Positions 26,040-41,493 of a stretch of DNA of 64,000 bases are shown here, piece after piece. A model generated the notes under the pieces. The model searched no databases. It was given only the letters and a program-made list of their open reading frames with translations, and was not told the DNA's origin. Where the stretch lies: contig NW_026262679.1 of NCBI RefSeq assembly GCF_021869535.1, positions 92,839,982 through 92,903,981 of the forward strand, given 5' to 3'. The stretch's first letter is position 1, and each line of letters starts with the position of its first letter. The stretch is from Mytilus californianus. Its lineage: Eukaryota. Made by a program: the position numbers and the translations under genes.

Positions 26040-26700
26040 TATTGTGTTCTGAATGGCTGGGAATAAATAAACTCATCATAAATACCAGGATTGAAATTTT
26101 GTATTTGGGCCAGACGCGTGTTTCGTCTACAAAAGACTCATCAGTGACGCTCGAATAAAAAAAAGTTAAAAAGGCCAAATAAAGTATGAAGTTGAAGAGC
26201 ATTGAGGACCAAAAATTCCTAAAAGTTTTGACAAATACAGCTAAGGTAATCTATTCCTGAGGTAGAAAAGCCTTAGTATTTCAAAAATTCAAAGTTTTGT
26301 AAACAGTTAATTTATAATTATGACCATATTAATGATAATTCATGTCAACAGACAAGTGCTGACTACTTGGCTGGTGATACCCTCGGGGAATAAAAACTCC
26401 ACCAGCAGTGGCATCGACCCAGTGGTTGTAAATAAACTCATCATAGATACCAGAATTGAAATTTTGTATTTGCGCCAGACGTGTGTTTCGTCTACAAAAG
26501 TCTCATCAGTGACGCTCGAATCAAAAATAGTTAAAAAGGCCAAATAAAGTATGAAGTTGAAGAGCATTGAGGACCAAAAATTCCTAAAAGTTTTGACAGA
26601 TACAGCTAAGGTAATCTATTCCTGGGGTAGAAAAGCCTTAGTATTTCAAAAATTCAAAGTTTTGTAAACAGTTGATTTATAATTAATATTTAAAATATAG
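26040..26700 (+). repeat. Two direct tandem copies (about 26046-26330 and 26375-26690) of a roughly 300-bp interspersed repeat containing 'tcgtctacaaaagactcatcagtgacgctcgaat'. The family is also present inverted at 46900-48130.
   Basis: Blocks read directly are near-identical. Examples are 'ataccaggattgaaattttgtatttgggccagacgcgtgtttcgtctacaaaag' and 'gaggaccaaaaattcctaaaagttttgacaaatacagctaaggtaatctattcctg'. Confidence 0.75.
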
Positions 26701-28949
26701 TGGTACCAATGCCTATCTTTTTGTGGCTATGAAATTAAACAGTTATCTAGCCTTTTTTCAATCTGCCTGTAGATTTTGAGCAGACTTTTGTATATAAGTA
26801 TATAATGGTAAATAACAGTTTGAGTTACAGTTTGCCGTGTTACATTACATCTAGTTCTATAATAAAACATCACAGTTCATGGTAATAGTACAATATTAAC
26901 TAGTACTGAATTCATACCTCTCAGGACCTTACTTTCACAGCTTATATGATAGAGGTGCAAATATAAGTCAAAATTAATTGGTTTGGCATTTAAGGGTATT
27001 GGTTAATTTGTACTTGTAAAGTTTAGATCCAAACTTGTTAAGGATTCTCTAATATTCTTATTTATTTTGCTTGCTAAATGGGTACATGGTTGTACTTTTC
27101 TGAATCATCGGAATGAAAGAATGGTTTATTAACTTTCATCTGCAAACACTTAAAAAACAACAGTAGTTGTTGAAATCACAACATGTTCCAGTTTAGCTAA
27201 CATTAACATATAGACTGTCATGTTTGCCTTGAAGGAAAATTGATGAACTAATCGGTTGAATGTAACCACTAAAATATTGTAGACTGTCTGCTTTCATATA
27301 CTCTTTCTTTGAAATTTTTTTTTTATATGAACTTAATTTATTTGTATTTTTTCTGTTTTTCCCTGTTACCCAATCAAAACTCTGTGTGCTGTACAGGAAA
27401 TTCACTGAAATCCTGTACAATACTCTGAATATTTTAATGAAAATTCTTGTGCACATTAAAGGATTTTCAGTTATTAGAATTTCATGTATCAAATTAAATA
27501 TTCAATTCCAGCCTCAGTTCTATTCTAATTATATACTTGTCCTTAGCCTTCCTGAATAGAGAACATTTTTTACAAAAGCCATGTTTGATTTATATAGGTA
27601 ACGCTTGAAAAATACTAACTTTCATTAGAAAATTGAGATTTCTTAAAAAAATTATACACCTTCCTAGATGGAGACTGTTTAGATTTTGTACTTTTGGTAT
27701 GTCTGGCATTTGAAATAAAGTAAATGTTATAAGATTAACTATTTTAATCCAGGTTTTTGCACTTGGAAGAAAATAATCTGTTCAACAAAGCTGAGTTAAA
27801 AGGTATTACACAGGTTAAATTCCAGTATTTATTTCAGTAGATAGTTAGACAGTTGTTATGCACTATTAGGCAAATTTAACCATATGTCATTCAAAACAAA
27901 ATTTTGCCTCAAGTGTAAACAAAGTTTTCAGATCCGCCTGGCCCCAGACATTAAACAAATTTATTTCACTATAATTAACTTCATGGTAAAGTTTTTTCAC
28001 TATACATATAAATTCAAAGTCATTGAACTGTTGTTTATTATCTTTTTTATAGTTTATTCAAGTCTATATTATTTTAAAAGGATATTTTTTATTAATGTCA
28101 TAGCTGTATGGTATATGTCATGAGGTTAAACTTTCCATAGAAATACACAATAAAACCAGAAATAACAAAAATATACAAGTCTATACCACAATGTCAAACT
28201 TTTATTGTCTGGAGTCCAGACAAGTTAAGGCTACCAAAGAGTTGCCATTAAGACTAAAAACTTTTGCAGAACAAAAAGCGCAGTATTTAAAAAAAAACAG
28301 ACAAGCACCAAGGTTCCTGACTTTGTGGTTCAATATTCAGGGAAATGTTTTTGCATTGCACAATCCTTAGAAATTTGGCTTATGAATAAACAAAGTACTT
28401 TTGATGTTTAATATGAAGAGTACTTTTTGTACTGTAGATGTTAAAAAACAGAAGTCCTTGTTCTGTATTTATAATGTTTTTTTGTTTGCTGAAAAAAACC
28501 TGAGATTTTTTTTTGTAGATTCTGTTGCAATAACTTGACAATGTGTTGTTCTGATTATGCAGTAATCATTAATTGAACTTTGTCACTTAAATCCTTGTTA
28601 TTTGATCCCCTTGTTGGGACCTTGATAGGAAAAATTATGTTTCATTTGTAAAGAAAAGGGATATGATGCCCCTCTATATCGTCCACCAACATGTTTTGAT
28701 CATCTTATATAAAGCAGAAAAAAGTATATTTATGCTGCACAACACCTTATGAATCAACAAATTTTTTTAAAGAACAATCTTACAAAAAAAAAATATACAT
28801 TTCAGCATATCTTTCTATCAATTTTTATTGGTTGTGAAAAAAAATGCAGGACCTTGTGTCAACTTTAGAGCAGTTCATGTTTCCTTGCCTTAATAAGTAC
28901 TCTTTTACTTTATGTTGATAAGAAAGAAAGGGATTACCACGTTTGTAGA

Positions 28950-29800
28950 GATACTATACTTCTTGAGATGCAATCTTTTATTAGTACCCTAGAAGGGGAC
29001 TTTAGGTTTTCACTCTGTCTGTCTGTCTGTCTGTTCATCCGTTAGTCCGGGAAATCAGTTTTCCACACTTTTTTTCTTCATGCTTGAATATATCGATTTG
29101 ATATTTGGTGTATTGTTTTATCATGACAAGTTACAGATCAAGTTCGAATTTTGTTCCGGTCTGATGATTTTGTGCAGAGTTATGGTTCTTTGACATAGAA
29201 AATTCACTAAAATAATCAGTTTTCTGCACTTTTTTTTGTCATTCTTGAAGATAATGATTTGATAATTGGTATATAGTTTTATCATGACAAGTTACAGTTC
29301 AAGTTGGAATTTTGTTCTGGTCAGATGATTGTGTGCAGAGTTAAGGTCCTTGGACTTAGAAAATTCACTCAAATAATCAGTTTTTCACACTTTTTTTCGT
29401 CATGCTTGAAGATATTGATTTGATGGACTTAGAAAATTCACTCAAATAATCAGTTTTTCGCACTTTTTTTCGTCATGCTTGAAGATATTGATTTGAAAAT
29501 TATTATATTGTTTTATCATGACAAGTTACAGATCAAGTTGGAATTTTGTTCTGGTCTGATGATTTTGTGCAGAGTAATGGTCCTTGGACTTAGAAAATTC
29601 ACTTAGATAATCAGTTTTCAACACTTTTTTTCGTCATGCTTGGAGATATTGACTTAATATTTGTTATATAATTTACACCATGACAAGTTATAGATCAAAT
29701 TAGAATTTTGTTCCAATACAATGAATTTTTAACCGATAGGGGACTATGTATTGCCATGCAATACTCACAGAATGCTTGATTTTATCTGGTATCTAAGAAT
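28950..29800 (+). mobile_element. Non-autonomous element with about 4.5 internal tandem units of about 185 bp ('cagttttccacactttttttcttcatgcttgaagatattgatttgat...gacaagttacagatcaagttcgaattttgttccggtctgatgattttgtgcagagttatggt'). It begins with a 'cccctagaaggggactttagg' hairpin and a (CTGT)5 tract, and ends '...aaccgataggggactatgtattgccatgcaatac'.
   Basis: The units are read directly. A second copy with about 2.5 units and the same terminal motifs lies at 44275-44830. Confidence 0.65.
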
Positions 29801-31702
29801 TGCTTTATCATGGTAATTGCACAATATCAAATTGTGCAATTGTTTTTTCCAATCAGTTCTTCACTACATTGGTTTTTCTGATGTATGTATGCATATTATT
29901 TTCCCCCCCACTAATAGGATATATGAGAAGTGTTTATACCATGTGATGTTTTGACTGTAAAGGAGCAAAGGTCACTCAGAGCTGTTCTAGATATAAGACA
30001 ATATTTTTGTCAAATAAAAGCCTTGTTTCTCAACCATTGTATCCCTAGATGTCACATGAATGTTTGTAAATAAACTATATTTGTGTTATTATCTTTTTCA
30101 CTAAAGGCCAGTAAGTATAAATGAAAGTTAAAAGTTGACTAATATTGGCAGTGGTCCAAATGTTACCATATGTTTGAAATTCTATTAAATGATCTATTAA
30201 TTGTTATATTGATACCTGGTCAGGTAATTGAATATACTGTAAAACATGTCTACTTCTTCTTCTTTAAGTTCATTAGTAGAAAATTGATGCAAATGTGTGT
30301 CTTGTAGCTGAGCTATTCAAATTGTAATAGATATCTTATGACGTTTTTGTCTGTTGTTGTGATGGATCTTCATAGTTGATAAAAAATTGGATGAAATTTC
30401 CAAGTTTCTTATTAATTTATTTAAATGAATGATGCAAGGAAGATTAGACCTGATTTGAATAAAAAAAAATTTGGTAGAGGTATAAGATGAATTTTCCATT
30501 CTGAGAATTAAACACATTATTAAAAAAGTCGCACAAACTAAACAAATACAAGAAATTAAGCAGAAAAGGAAATACGTCAAGAAACAAGTGTTATGAATTT
30601 ATGAGGGATTGTTACGAGTCTTGAAACATTGTTGAGTGATAATTTCACACAATTTATTTTCTTTTAGCTTATAAGAAGATCTCTCTCATTACTTGGACTG
30701 TGAAACAATCATTTCAAGTCAAAATGCCTCAATGGTCTTATGTAAGGTTGCTTATCTGAAGTTGGTTTGGTGAAGGGTTCTAGGTTTGATTTTATTCATA
30801 AACCAAAGACCTTAAAATTGCCATTTGCTGCTTCTTTATCATGCAAACTGCATTAAGAATATATCAGAATATAATATACTTGAACAGACAAAAATCCCTT
30901 TCCTCATTAAACTCCAGAAAATATTGAAGGGGTCATATGAAAAGAGATAGTTGTCAAATGCAGGGTAAATAATTTGTGAGCAGTGCTATTTTTTTTTCTA
31001 TTTTGCATTGTATTTATATGACTGATTTATTGTCTCTTTAGAAAAATGATTTATGGGATAGTGTCTGACCAATTAATTTACATGGAATAGTAATAGACTA
31101 AATGTATTATATACCATAGTAAATGACTTATTAATCAGGTCTATATATTGATTTTAGCTGCATAATGGGTTTTGACATGGCAGTTAGTGTCTTTACAAAA
31201 ATAGAAAAAAGTAGGTTAGTGAAATGAGGGTAATAAATTAAAAAGCTGATTTTTTTTTCTGAAGTATTTTCAAATAATTTCTCATTAATGAGTCTGTCTT
31301 GGACCTTGAATGTGTTTAATTGAAAGAGTTGGTCCCTGTTTTACATATTTTTTTGTACTTCTAAGATCTCAAATTTTTGTTATAACTAGTGCTGTTCTTT
31401 TCATAATCTGTAGAAAATTACTTTTGTTTTGGTTGATCAGATTTTATATCTGAAAAGGGAGATTTCAAATCTCTACTCGGACACTTGACTCCAGAGAGAG
31501 ATTTCATTATTTTTTTAAACAGAGAAATTGTAGAGTTTACAACTATGTATGTATATGGGTATGGGTATGGTCATTTGATTACATACAAGTATACAATATA
31601 CAGTCATATCATTATGACTGCCCAAGGAGCTCAGATCTCTACCATGGCAGTAGAACAGATGTATTTTTTCCATGAGATTATATTCTAGCTTGTCTTTTTC
31701 AG

Positions 31703-31820
31703 GACCAGATGGGGAAATAACCCTTACACTAGAGGATCATATAGTTTCCTGAAAGTAGGAGCTCAGGCTGTAGACGTAGATGCTCTATCAGAACCCTTAA
31801 TGGGATCAGAATCTGATAAG
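31703..31820 (+). CDS. Exon of the PAOX/SMOX-like amine oxidase gene. Translation: (R)TRWGNNPYTRGSYSFLKVGAQAVDVDALSEPLMGSESDK.
   Basis: Acceptor 'tgtctttttcag|G' at 31701-31702 and donor 'AAG|gtgagg' at 31821. The first G completes the AGG codon carried over from exon 3644-3773, giving '...KVIR-T-RWGNNPYTRGSYS', which is the 'RS.W.S.PYTRGSYSY' signature of polyamine oxidases. Confidence 0.8.
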
Positions 31821-34092
31821 GTGAGGGATTATTAAAAAACTTGAATGGATAAAAAAAGTGAATTTCTTGACATGAGAAAACAGGGCCAACTACTTGATTA
31901 ATGTCCAGTTGCCAATATTACATATTCAGGATGATTTCAAAGTGGGTCGACTGGGATGGAGATTGGGAAATTTGGCCTGGGCTGCCAATTAAAAAGAGAA
32001 AGTTTGATAGGGGAGGAAATGTGGTCTTGCAACAGGCAACCTGCTCACCCACCAATGAGATGTTGTAAGAAAGTTTAAACACACAGAGAGTGTGACTTTC
32101 TTTCAACACAGGATATCAGATATAACTTCCCCATTCAAACTGGGCAGAAAAAACGGTTCTAGATGAGATATTATACTTGATGGACATATATAAAAAAAAA
32201 TGTTATTTGATGATCTTATGTTATGCCAAATAATTTTTAGGGATAAAGAGTATAGAATGCACATGAGAACTAGACAAAAATAGTGATATATTATTGAAGG
32301 ATAACATAACTGAAATTGGTAACAAATTCTGGGATAGGAATGAAATTATGTGTGGAATAAAGATATATATATATCTATATCTTCCTGTGTATAACACACA
32401 CACATACACACAGTCAAAAGGGTTTTTAGATTTTTTTTATTATCAAAATCAGAAAAAAGAAGGAAAATTATCTGAGCACTACCTGACTCCATGTCAACAT
32501 ATCATAAACAATCCTTTATATTGACAAACTAGTGTTTACTTTAGTTACCTGTAATTCTTTTCTTGACCTACTTTCAAAGAATGATCCATTATAGATTTTT
32601 TATTAGCATTGACCAGGTTATATTATTTAAGTCTGTTTAAGTTTTTGTTTAGGTGGAGGATATTGATTAAAAAGAAAAGTACATGATGTATATGCATATA
32701 CTTTAAACTTTCTTTTGATTATGTTTAGATTATCTTTACTCTGTGTTCTGCTTAAATAGAATAAGTTTTGTAATATATTTTTATGAGAATGTTCTTTACA
32801 TTTTGAGACATTTAGCTTTAGGTCAGGAGATTGTTATACTGTACATATATAAAGTTTAGGTTCAAAGAAGGTCAGTTTGAAATAATAAATGATGTCCTAC
32901 AAATTTCTAATTTTTTGGCATGAAGAAGATACATCCAAATAGTCCAAAAAATTCAGGAGTACCCATGCTTGTTTTTATGCAACAAGTACTTAAAATGTAG
33001 CTTGTATCAGACATGTTGTAAAAAAGGACTATTTAAATACATGTTTTCTAAAATATATTTGTTCTGTAGTTTTCTGGAAAATTGATGCTTTAAACTTACT
33101 CATTTTTGTGGTAACTTTTCTGTGTTTAACCCTTTAAACTGACTTGATTTATTTTCAAAGTTTGTTGATGTATTCATATAAGAAAAGAACAACATTTTAC
33201 ATATTCATGAAGATTTATATTGGCATAAAAAAAAATTCTACTTGCAAAAGTCACATAAATAATTTGCCCCATTAATGAGTTGGTTTTCAGTATCTTAAAG
33301 CCATGTTTCTAAGCTTTAAAAAATACAGACTATTTTGGGATACCTGTGCTTCTATTTCACTAGTGAACAACAACACATAATGTTGAAGTTTTGGAGAAGA
33401 ATTGACAAATTTTCTCTAAATCTTTTTGTCTTGTGTTGCCAACAGGTAAATCTATTTATATCATATGAAGCTAAGAATTTAAAAAAAAACACAATAAAAA
33501 TCACCAGATGGCAGTGTATGACCTCAACTTAACAAAAAAGCGAGAGTCATCATGTCACTAACAATAAAAAATGAAAATATTTTGGATAAACAACCTGACC
33601 TAATTGATTTCATCTGTTATTTCACATTCTTATCAAGTTATTGATTGTTAATTATGTATTTCCCTCATGCACAAATAATAACAATCAAATCAAGGTTGAA
33701 AAGCCCTAAACCATTTCTATTCCAAACATTGCCAAATGGTTATAGAAATATACAACAAAACATGAATGAGCATAGTCCTCAATTGAATTAATTACTTTTA
33801 CAATTGTTTATGTTAAAATGTTATGGAATACAGTCTAAAACAAAAACACTTTTTAGTCAATTTATTTGAATTCATTATAAATGAGATTACTATGAATGCA
33901 TTTTTTTACACATCCAAAATTGGGTGTTTTGTTTGCCTTTTTCATTCATTGCATGTTTGCTAGTATTCTTAAAATATTGTACATTACAGATAAGCAATGC
34001 ACATGTATGATATATATTTCTCGAATAACTTTCATTGGGTATGCTGATTGCTGAATACCAAAAATGATGGAAGCTAAATAAATAATACATAA

Positions 34093-34296
<204 letters not shown>

Positions 34297-35000
34297 TGAT
34301 AGTTGTTATGTAGTCTCATTTTATGTTGTATCATACTGACACAAATTTATGAGAGTTATGAATGGTGCAAATGGTCATATATTATTTCTCATTTTATAGC
34401 ATTATCTCCAATTAACTTACCAATACCCTTTAATTTACTGCGTATGATATTTTAGTGTCCATTTTATAATATTTGTAAAGTTTATTTTACTGTCAGAGTT
34501 TGATTTGCATAAAGCTAATTTTTCTGTGACCTCTGTATTAGCAAGTGGAAATGGCAAATTTTATAATTATATGCTTGAAATTTACTTTTTTTTAACTGAC
34601 AAATCTTGTTGAAAATGTATTACGTGGAAGTATAGACTTTAGCTGATCTATATCACATACAAGTGGACTAAATAGAAACATTGTTTTAAGATGTATTGAA
34701 TAAGACACCATTAAACTTTATATTTTGAAAGAAAACAACAATTTTGAATTTTGTCACTTGCACTTCATTGGTCAAATTTCTTTTATCACTTGAACTTTTG
34801 AGTATTGGTATGAAAATTACCCCTTTTAAATGTAAATACATTTTTAGGAAATTACTAATGAAAACAAATCTTTTTGACAAGTCTGTAGAATACCTGGATT
34901 TTTTATTTTTTTTCATAAAGACCTGTTAATTAGAATATCAATAGTTTTCTGTTGACCCATTCTTTTATAGGAGCCATTGACCTCAGTATATTTTTTTGTC

Positions 35001-35030
35001 GTTTTTTTTTTTTTTTTTTTTTTTTAAAGA
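35001..35030. repeat. Poly(T) homopolymer of about 30 nt. A similar run is at 36318-36352.
   Basis: Read directly. Confidence 0.9.
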
Positions 35031-36312
35031 AAAAGGGATTTTATAGATTGATACTTTTAACCAATAGAAAACAAGAAACTAATGATTATACAAGAGCATA
35101 ATAATTTCTTGGAGAGTTGTCCCCTTCTAAAATACATAACACAAACTCTTCATTGTATTTGTTCATTCATATATTATAGTACAAAGGTCTTTTATGAGCT
35201 GTTTTATTAAATGCTTAGGGATCTAATATTCAAGAAATAGTCCGAAATTTTTCAGGAAAGTCAGCAGGCCTGAAGAGATTCTTTAGGTATCTTGAACTAT
35301 TCCATTCATAGTTTTATCAATATAACAGGCCTATCATAAAAGCTGCAGACCTCAATTGAACATTGATTCAAAAGGATGGTACATGTATCTTTTATTTTTT
35401 AATGTTTTGATATTATTTTCACAAAAGTTCTTGATTTTATGAAAGGTTCAGCTTTTATACATGTACTTCCTTCTACACAAATTAAGCACAAAACCAGCAT
35501 CTTGGAATTTTAGCTGTATAATATTTTTATGTCAAAGGTAAATGTTGTTGAATTTTGGAGTGAAAATTTCACATTATAAGTAGCAACTGCAAACTTAGTG
35601 GAAATTTAACACATACAAAAATCCAAAATGCTGATTTGATCACCTAATAACCTCAGGAATAATTAAAAGATAAATCAGTATGTTGGCATTGTGTAGAATT
35701 AATTCAATTTTTATTTATATCACATTGTATTGTCACCTATGAGCGGGTCTTTTAATACCTCAGACTACCAACACGTTAACGTTATTTATTAAATTTATAG
35801 CCAATTCTGTTTGAACACAGTTTATGCATTTTGTTAAAATATCTCCACATATATTTATCATACGATCATTTAAACTATGTTAATTTTTGCTGATTGATGA
35901 AGGATAATGTTTTGTTATTTGGGCTTTTGAGAAATTTTAGAAATGGTGCTCACTGGACAAGGGAGGTTATCCTCTGTTCACAGAAAAACATATTTTACAC
36001 AGCTTTGAATGGAAATTCTTAAATTGAATTGTTCATTGACTACAGGTATTTATAATTGTAGTGAATCAGTCATTGACTACAGGTATTTATAATTGTAGTC
36101 ACTGGCAATGAATGTTTGCAAATGAATTGTTCAGTCTTGTTGCAGAGTTTTTTATTTACTTTGTTCTACCTCATGAGTTTTGTTCAATTTACCATGTTGA
36201 TCTAACATCTTTTTGAGAATGCCACTGTCAGTATGCTACAAAACATAGAAGTGTTTTGATTATTTTTCTAGGGTGTCGCTGTCATTATACTACAAACAAA
36301 GAAAGTTTTTTG

Positions 36313-36349
<37 letters not shown>

Positions 36350-38437
36350 GTGTCTATTTTAATTTTTTTAAATTTTATTTGTTTTGCTGATTGTTCCTTT
36401 CAATTTTTTTTAAGAATTTATATTATACAACGAAGGTGGACCAAAGATGAATTTTACATCTTTGTCTCTGAGAAGTATTTTCTCTCAGCATAACTTGCAA
36501 AATAATGAAGTTGTTAATAAATTTCCACAAAATTATTTAAATCTGTTGTCTCCATTTTCAAATTCCTTGTCAAGAGGAACAAAAGCTGATGACAGTAATG
36601 TTTGCAGAAAATATATAACTTTTCTCTGTTGGGACTGTATATTTTTGCAATGAAACAGTTAAAAAAGGTCAAGTTGCAAAAGTTGCCAAAAATAAGGGAA
36701 AATGATAAAATTTAGAATGTAAGTTTGTATAGTTTGCTTTGGTGTATCTATTGGTTCTTATGCACTGATAGTTGGATTGATTGAAGAACGTGTCCTCTTT
36801 TTTTTTTCCACGTATAAGGATGTTGAATGAAAATGTTTTAGTTTGTCAGATTTAAAAAAAAAGGAAAACATTTGAACTTTGAAAAATGTAATGCAATGTA
36901 TGTTTCATTTAAGTATATCATCACATATTTATTTATGTCATTTTTTCCCTAGTCAGTCAGTGGTATATATTGTAGTTATTTAGAATTTCTGTAATATTCG
37001 GAACTTGTATTTTTAATCATCAGTGATTGTGCAACCATAGCGTCAGAGTTTTTGAAAATGTGTCAGTATGAACTTTTAACATTACAAGAAAGTTATAAAG
37101 ATGAATTGGAAATCATACAAAAAAAATTAATGTTCAACTTTTATTTTAAATGAGAAGACTAATAATAAGTTATATTTAATATAACAGTCAACGAAATTTA
37201 CACACATGATAAGTCAAGAGTGCTTAAATTTCACATTTGTAAACTCTGATGTTATGTATGTAGAATAGTAAGTTATTTCTTACAGGGCTTTTCTAGAAAA
37301 AAATAATCAAGGGTGAAAATAAAAAAATTAATAATGTTGAAGTATGAGTAAAAGTTTTTTTATTTTAATTTCTCCGGGATTAGGGAAAAGAATCCGAAAA
37401 CTGTTGTCATTTAATTTGGTTGGAACAATTTTCATGTTTTTAGAAAATCAATAGTCTAAATTTTTTATTTTTATTATTTACGTGCAAGTGAGAACTGGAT
37501 TTAGTCAAGTCTTTAATTTAAATTTGGTTTGGGAATCTACTTATCAAACCATGAAAATATCCAATAAAATGTAAATAATGGTGTTTGTTTGATACCAAAA
37601 CTGTTTCTAGAAAGGCCCTTTTTTTTTTTATCATCGACATAAATTACGTTTGATGCCAAGTGAATTTATAAAAATTGTGCAATTGATTTTTTTTTAATTC
37701 TGTATCAATCTTGAATGTATCTGTACATGTATGTTCTAAGTAAATTAAGTCATGAATGCTAATCTAATTTATACTCTGTACATCAGAACTTGAATGTGTA
37801 CATGTTGAAATCAATGTCAATTCAGCTCAATTGTCACATGACACTGCAAAGGCTTGTTTTGTCTTCTTAAGGTTTTCTTTTCACCTTCTCTGACTTGTCT
37901 GTTAAAATTAAAAAGAGTTCCAACTATCTTCTGCCTACTGGTTCTTAGGGAACCATATCGTGGCCTCATTTAATAGATATTTTGCATGTTTAACTAAATT
38001 AATATTGAGTTGTTTAATATGGTGTTAGAGAAGTAAATTTACTGAAAAATAGAAAGTATAGACGACCAAAAGAAGTCTATGGTATGGTCAGCCATGGTCA
38101 ACATGCTGCTTCCATGCTGAGTAAACTAAAATAGGAGAAACCTTTTTTAATTCACACTACTCATGTTCTATATCTATACCATTGATGATCGTCTCACCCA
38201 TTTATTATAGTTATTAGCGTAATTATGAAACTTTGGTAAAATAAGCTAATATCTTGTATATTAGACATCAGTATAGTAAAACATGTCAGATTCTTGTTCA
38301 AGTACAGACATTTTACTTTAATATATCAAGAGAATGGTGTCTCTGAAATTTGACCAAGGCAAGTTGAAGTTCGCCCATGTTGTATGTTACAAATTTTGCA
38401 TTTATCATGTTTTTTTCTTGGTTTTTAAGTGATCAAA

Positions 38438-38552
38438 TGATCACCTAAAAGACCAAGACATTAAAGCAAAATCACAATATCACTTAAAAGACCAGGACAT
38501 TAATGAAAAATCACACAATCACGTAAAAGACCAGGACATAAATGCACAAAAT
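38438..38552. repeat. Minisatellite of about 3 units of about 39 bp ('atcac.taaaagaccaggacattaa.g.aaaatcaca')
   Basis: Read directly. Confidence 0.7.
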
Positions 38553-41493
38553 TACATGAATGCTTTGGGTTCTGAATCTTTGAAATTAAAACAAGTCATA
38601 TGATTCAAATTTTTCATATCATAAATGAAGAAAAAACAAGCCTTTACTTGAATAATTGAAACTACCTTAATTTAAAGTTGACATTGACAACTTGTCAGGA
38701 TTATTATATCTTGAGATTTTCATTTAGTAATAATATTATTATGTTGTTTTCATTTGTTTGATTATGTTCATTTATCAGCAATCTAATAATTTAAAACCGT
38801 CCATGGGATGAAAATTATGCCATGCAAACTGGAGTAGGTTTTTATTTCCCTAAAGTTGGTAGATAACAATATGTGAATTAAAAAACAACCATGACAAAAT
38901 GTTGCCTTGGATTTGTTTTGCTAGAGAATGTACTGCACTTTTGTTTGGCTATGCCTTTCTGATGTTTAATTGAAATTGAAATTTTATCTCTCATAAAAGC
39001 ATTATGACCTTGAGAAGTCCTTGATTCTATATTTGAAATAATAGTAGGAAATATTACTTACTTCAGGTGTTTTCATGCAAGTACATTTTTTAAGAATTGT
39101 TTTTCAAAATAATTTAAAGAAAAAACTATGTATAAGTTGTTTCAGATTTTTTTTTTCAAAATACAAATGCCAAACAGTTACTGTTCTTGAATTAAAAGGC
39201 ATTATTCTATGTTATTGAACAAAAAGGAAATGAGAAGTACAATAAGGGGTTCAACACTCCCAAAAGATATTTTGTTTTTTGTTTTATTTAATGTATTTAA
39301 TATGTCAAAAATTTGTTATCAACAGACTTGCCAAACACCAAGAGAGATGAATATTATTTGGAGGCAGAATTATAGTCAATTTTAGGTTTGAATTGAACAG
39401 TCGATTTGATTTGATGTAGTAAAATGTTCTCATACGGAGACAGTTGTAAGATACACAGAAATTACACCTGATAATCAAGCAAAACAAATATAAGTCATTG
39501 CAAATTTGTTTGTTAGTTTTTGATGAATTGAAATACATTTACAAGATTTTAACAGATGTTTTATGAAATGGCAGAGTTGTATTGTTAAACTTTTCTATTT
39601 TCTTGTAGATAGGGTAATGTAATCTTTTGTGTCCCATACTCCAGATGATTTCTTTGAGATTATTTTATTAATGTCATTATTCAAAAATGTTTTTCCATTG
39701 TATTTACACTTGAGAACAAATTATAAGGTAATTAAAAAGAATTCTATAGAAACAGATGAGGGGGTCTTAACATTTTAACATAAATATAATGTATAATGGA
39801 ATGAGAAATCAAATAATTTATCTCTAGTTCTGTTTAAAAACTTTAAACAAATATCCCAAAAATTTGAATCAGATGTACATGAGTAATTTTGAAAATTGAA
39901 TCCTCCTGAAACAAAACAACACAGAATGGATTGCTCTGTATTGGAGTTAGGGAACCAGTTTCTATGAAGGACTAGGGATTACATTGTCCTGTCTAATTGT
40001 AGATCAGAATTAATGGATGGTGTGTTAGATTGCTCAGTGCTGGCTATAGCAGCATACTTATTGTCACATTAAAATGTTCTGAGTATTAAATAAAGTATAA
40101 TAAATATATCGACAGTTCACTTTTATTTTTAATATCACTAAAAGGAGACATGGGGTAAATTTCAATGAGACAGCAACCCATGTATTTAAGTGAAACAAAA
40201 ATAAACATTTAGCGGTCATAATTTTTATACAACCGCAAAACAAACTTTTGTGTTCGTATAATGGTATCATGTCAGCGTCTTTGTCCGAAGACACATTTAG
40301 TTTCCGGTCAATAACTTTAGTTTAAATGAATGGATCTCTTATGAAATTTTACCAGAAGGTTCAATACCACAAAAGGAAGGTTGGGATTGATTTTGGGGGT
40401 TATGGTACCAATAGTTTTGGAATTAGGGGCCAAAAACAAGCATTTTTGTAGTTTCAGGACAATAACTTGTGTGTAAGTGTATGGATCTCTCTGAAATTGT
40501 ACCACAAGGTTCCATATCACAAAGGGAAGGCTTGGATTGAGTTTGGGGTAGTTGCCCCAAAAGTTCAGGAATTAGGGGCAAAAAAGGGGCCAAGAACAAG
40601 CATTTTTCTAGTTTCCAGACAATAACTTGTGTTTAAGTGTATGGATCTCTCTGAATTTGTAATACAAGGTTCCATACCTCAAAGGGAAGGCTGGGATTGA
40701 GTTTGGGGGTAATTACTCCAAGGAGGGGGTTCAAAAAGTTTGGAGGGGATTTTTTTTTCAAATTTAATTTGGGGTTTCATATTTTTTTCTTCGAGATTTT
40801 TCAAAATTTCAAATTTTGGGGGGGGGGGGGGGGGGGGGGGGGGGTGGATATTTATTTCATACTTTTTTTTTTTTTTCTAAAAATTTTCCATTTTTACATT
40901 GATTTATATATAAAAGCAGCAAATACTGATGTGGCAGGAGATACACACCAAACAGGGTGTGTAAATTATTATATATAACAGATTAACAGTATTCCGCAAT
41001 AACAAGAAATCTTCACTTGCATAGTATTGCGCAATAGCAAGAAATCTTCAATTGCATTGCACAGTATTGCGCAATAGCAAGAAATCTTCAATTGCACAGT
41101 ATTGCGCAATAGCAAGAAATCTTCTATTGCACAATAGCAAGAAATCTTCAATTGCACAGTAATGCACAATAGCAAGAAATCTTCAATTGCACAGTATTGC
41201 ACAATAGCACATTATTATACGACCGCAAACAATTTTTGAGGTTGTATATTGGTATGATGTTGGCGTCTTCGTTGTCGTCATCCGATGACACATTGGTTTT
41301 TGCACAATAACTTTAAGTGAATGGATCTCTATGAAATATTACCACAAGGTTCAATACAACAAAAGGAAGGTTGGGATTGATTTTGGGGGTTATGGTACCA
41401 ACAGTTAAGGAATTAGAGGCCAAAAATAAGCATTTTTCTAGTTTCCAGACAATAACTTGTGGAACAGTGTATGGATCTCTCTGAAATTATACC

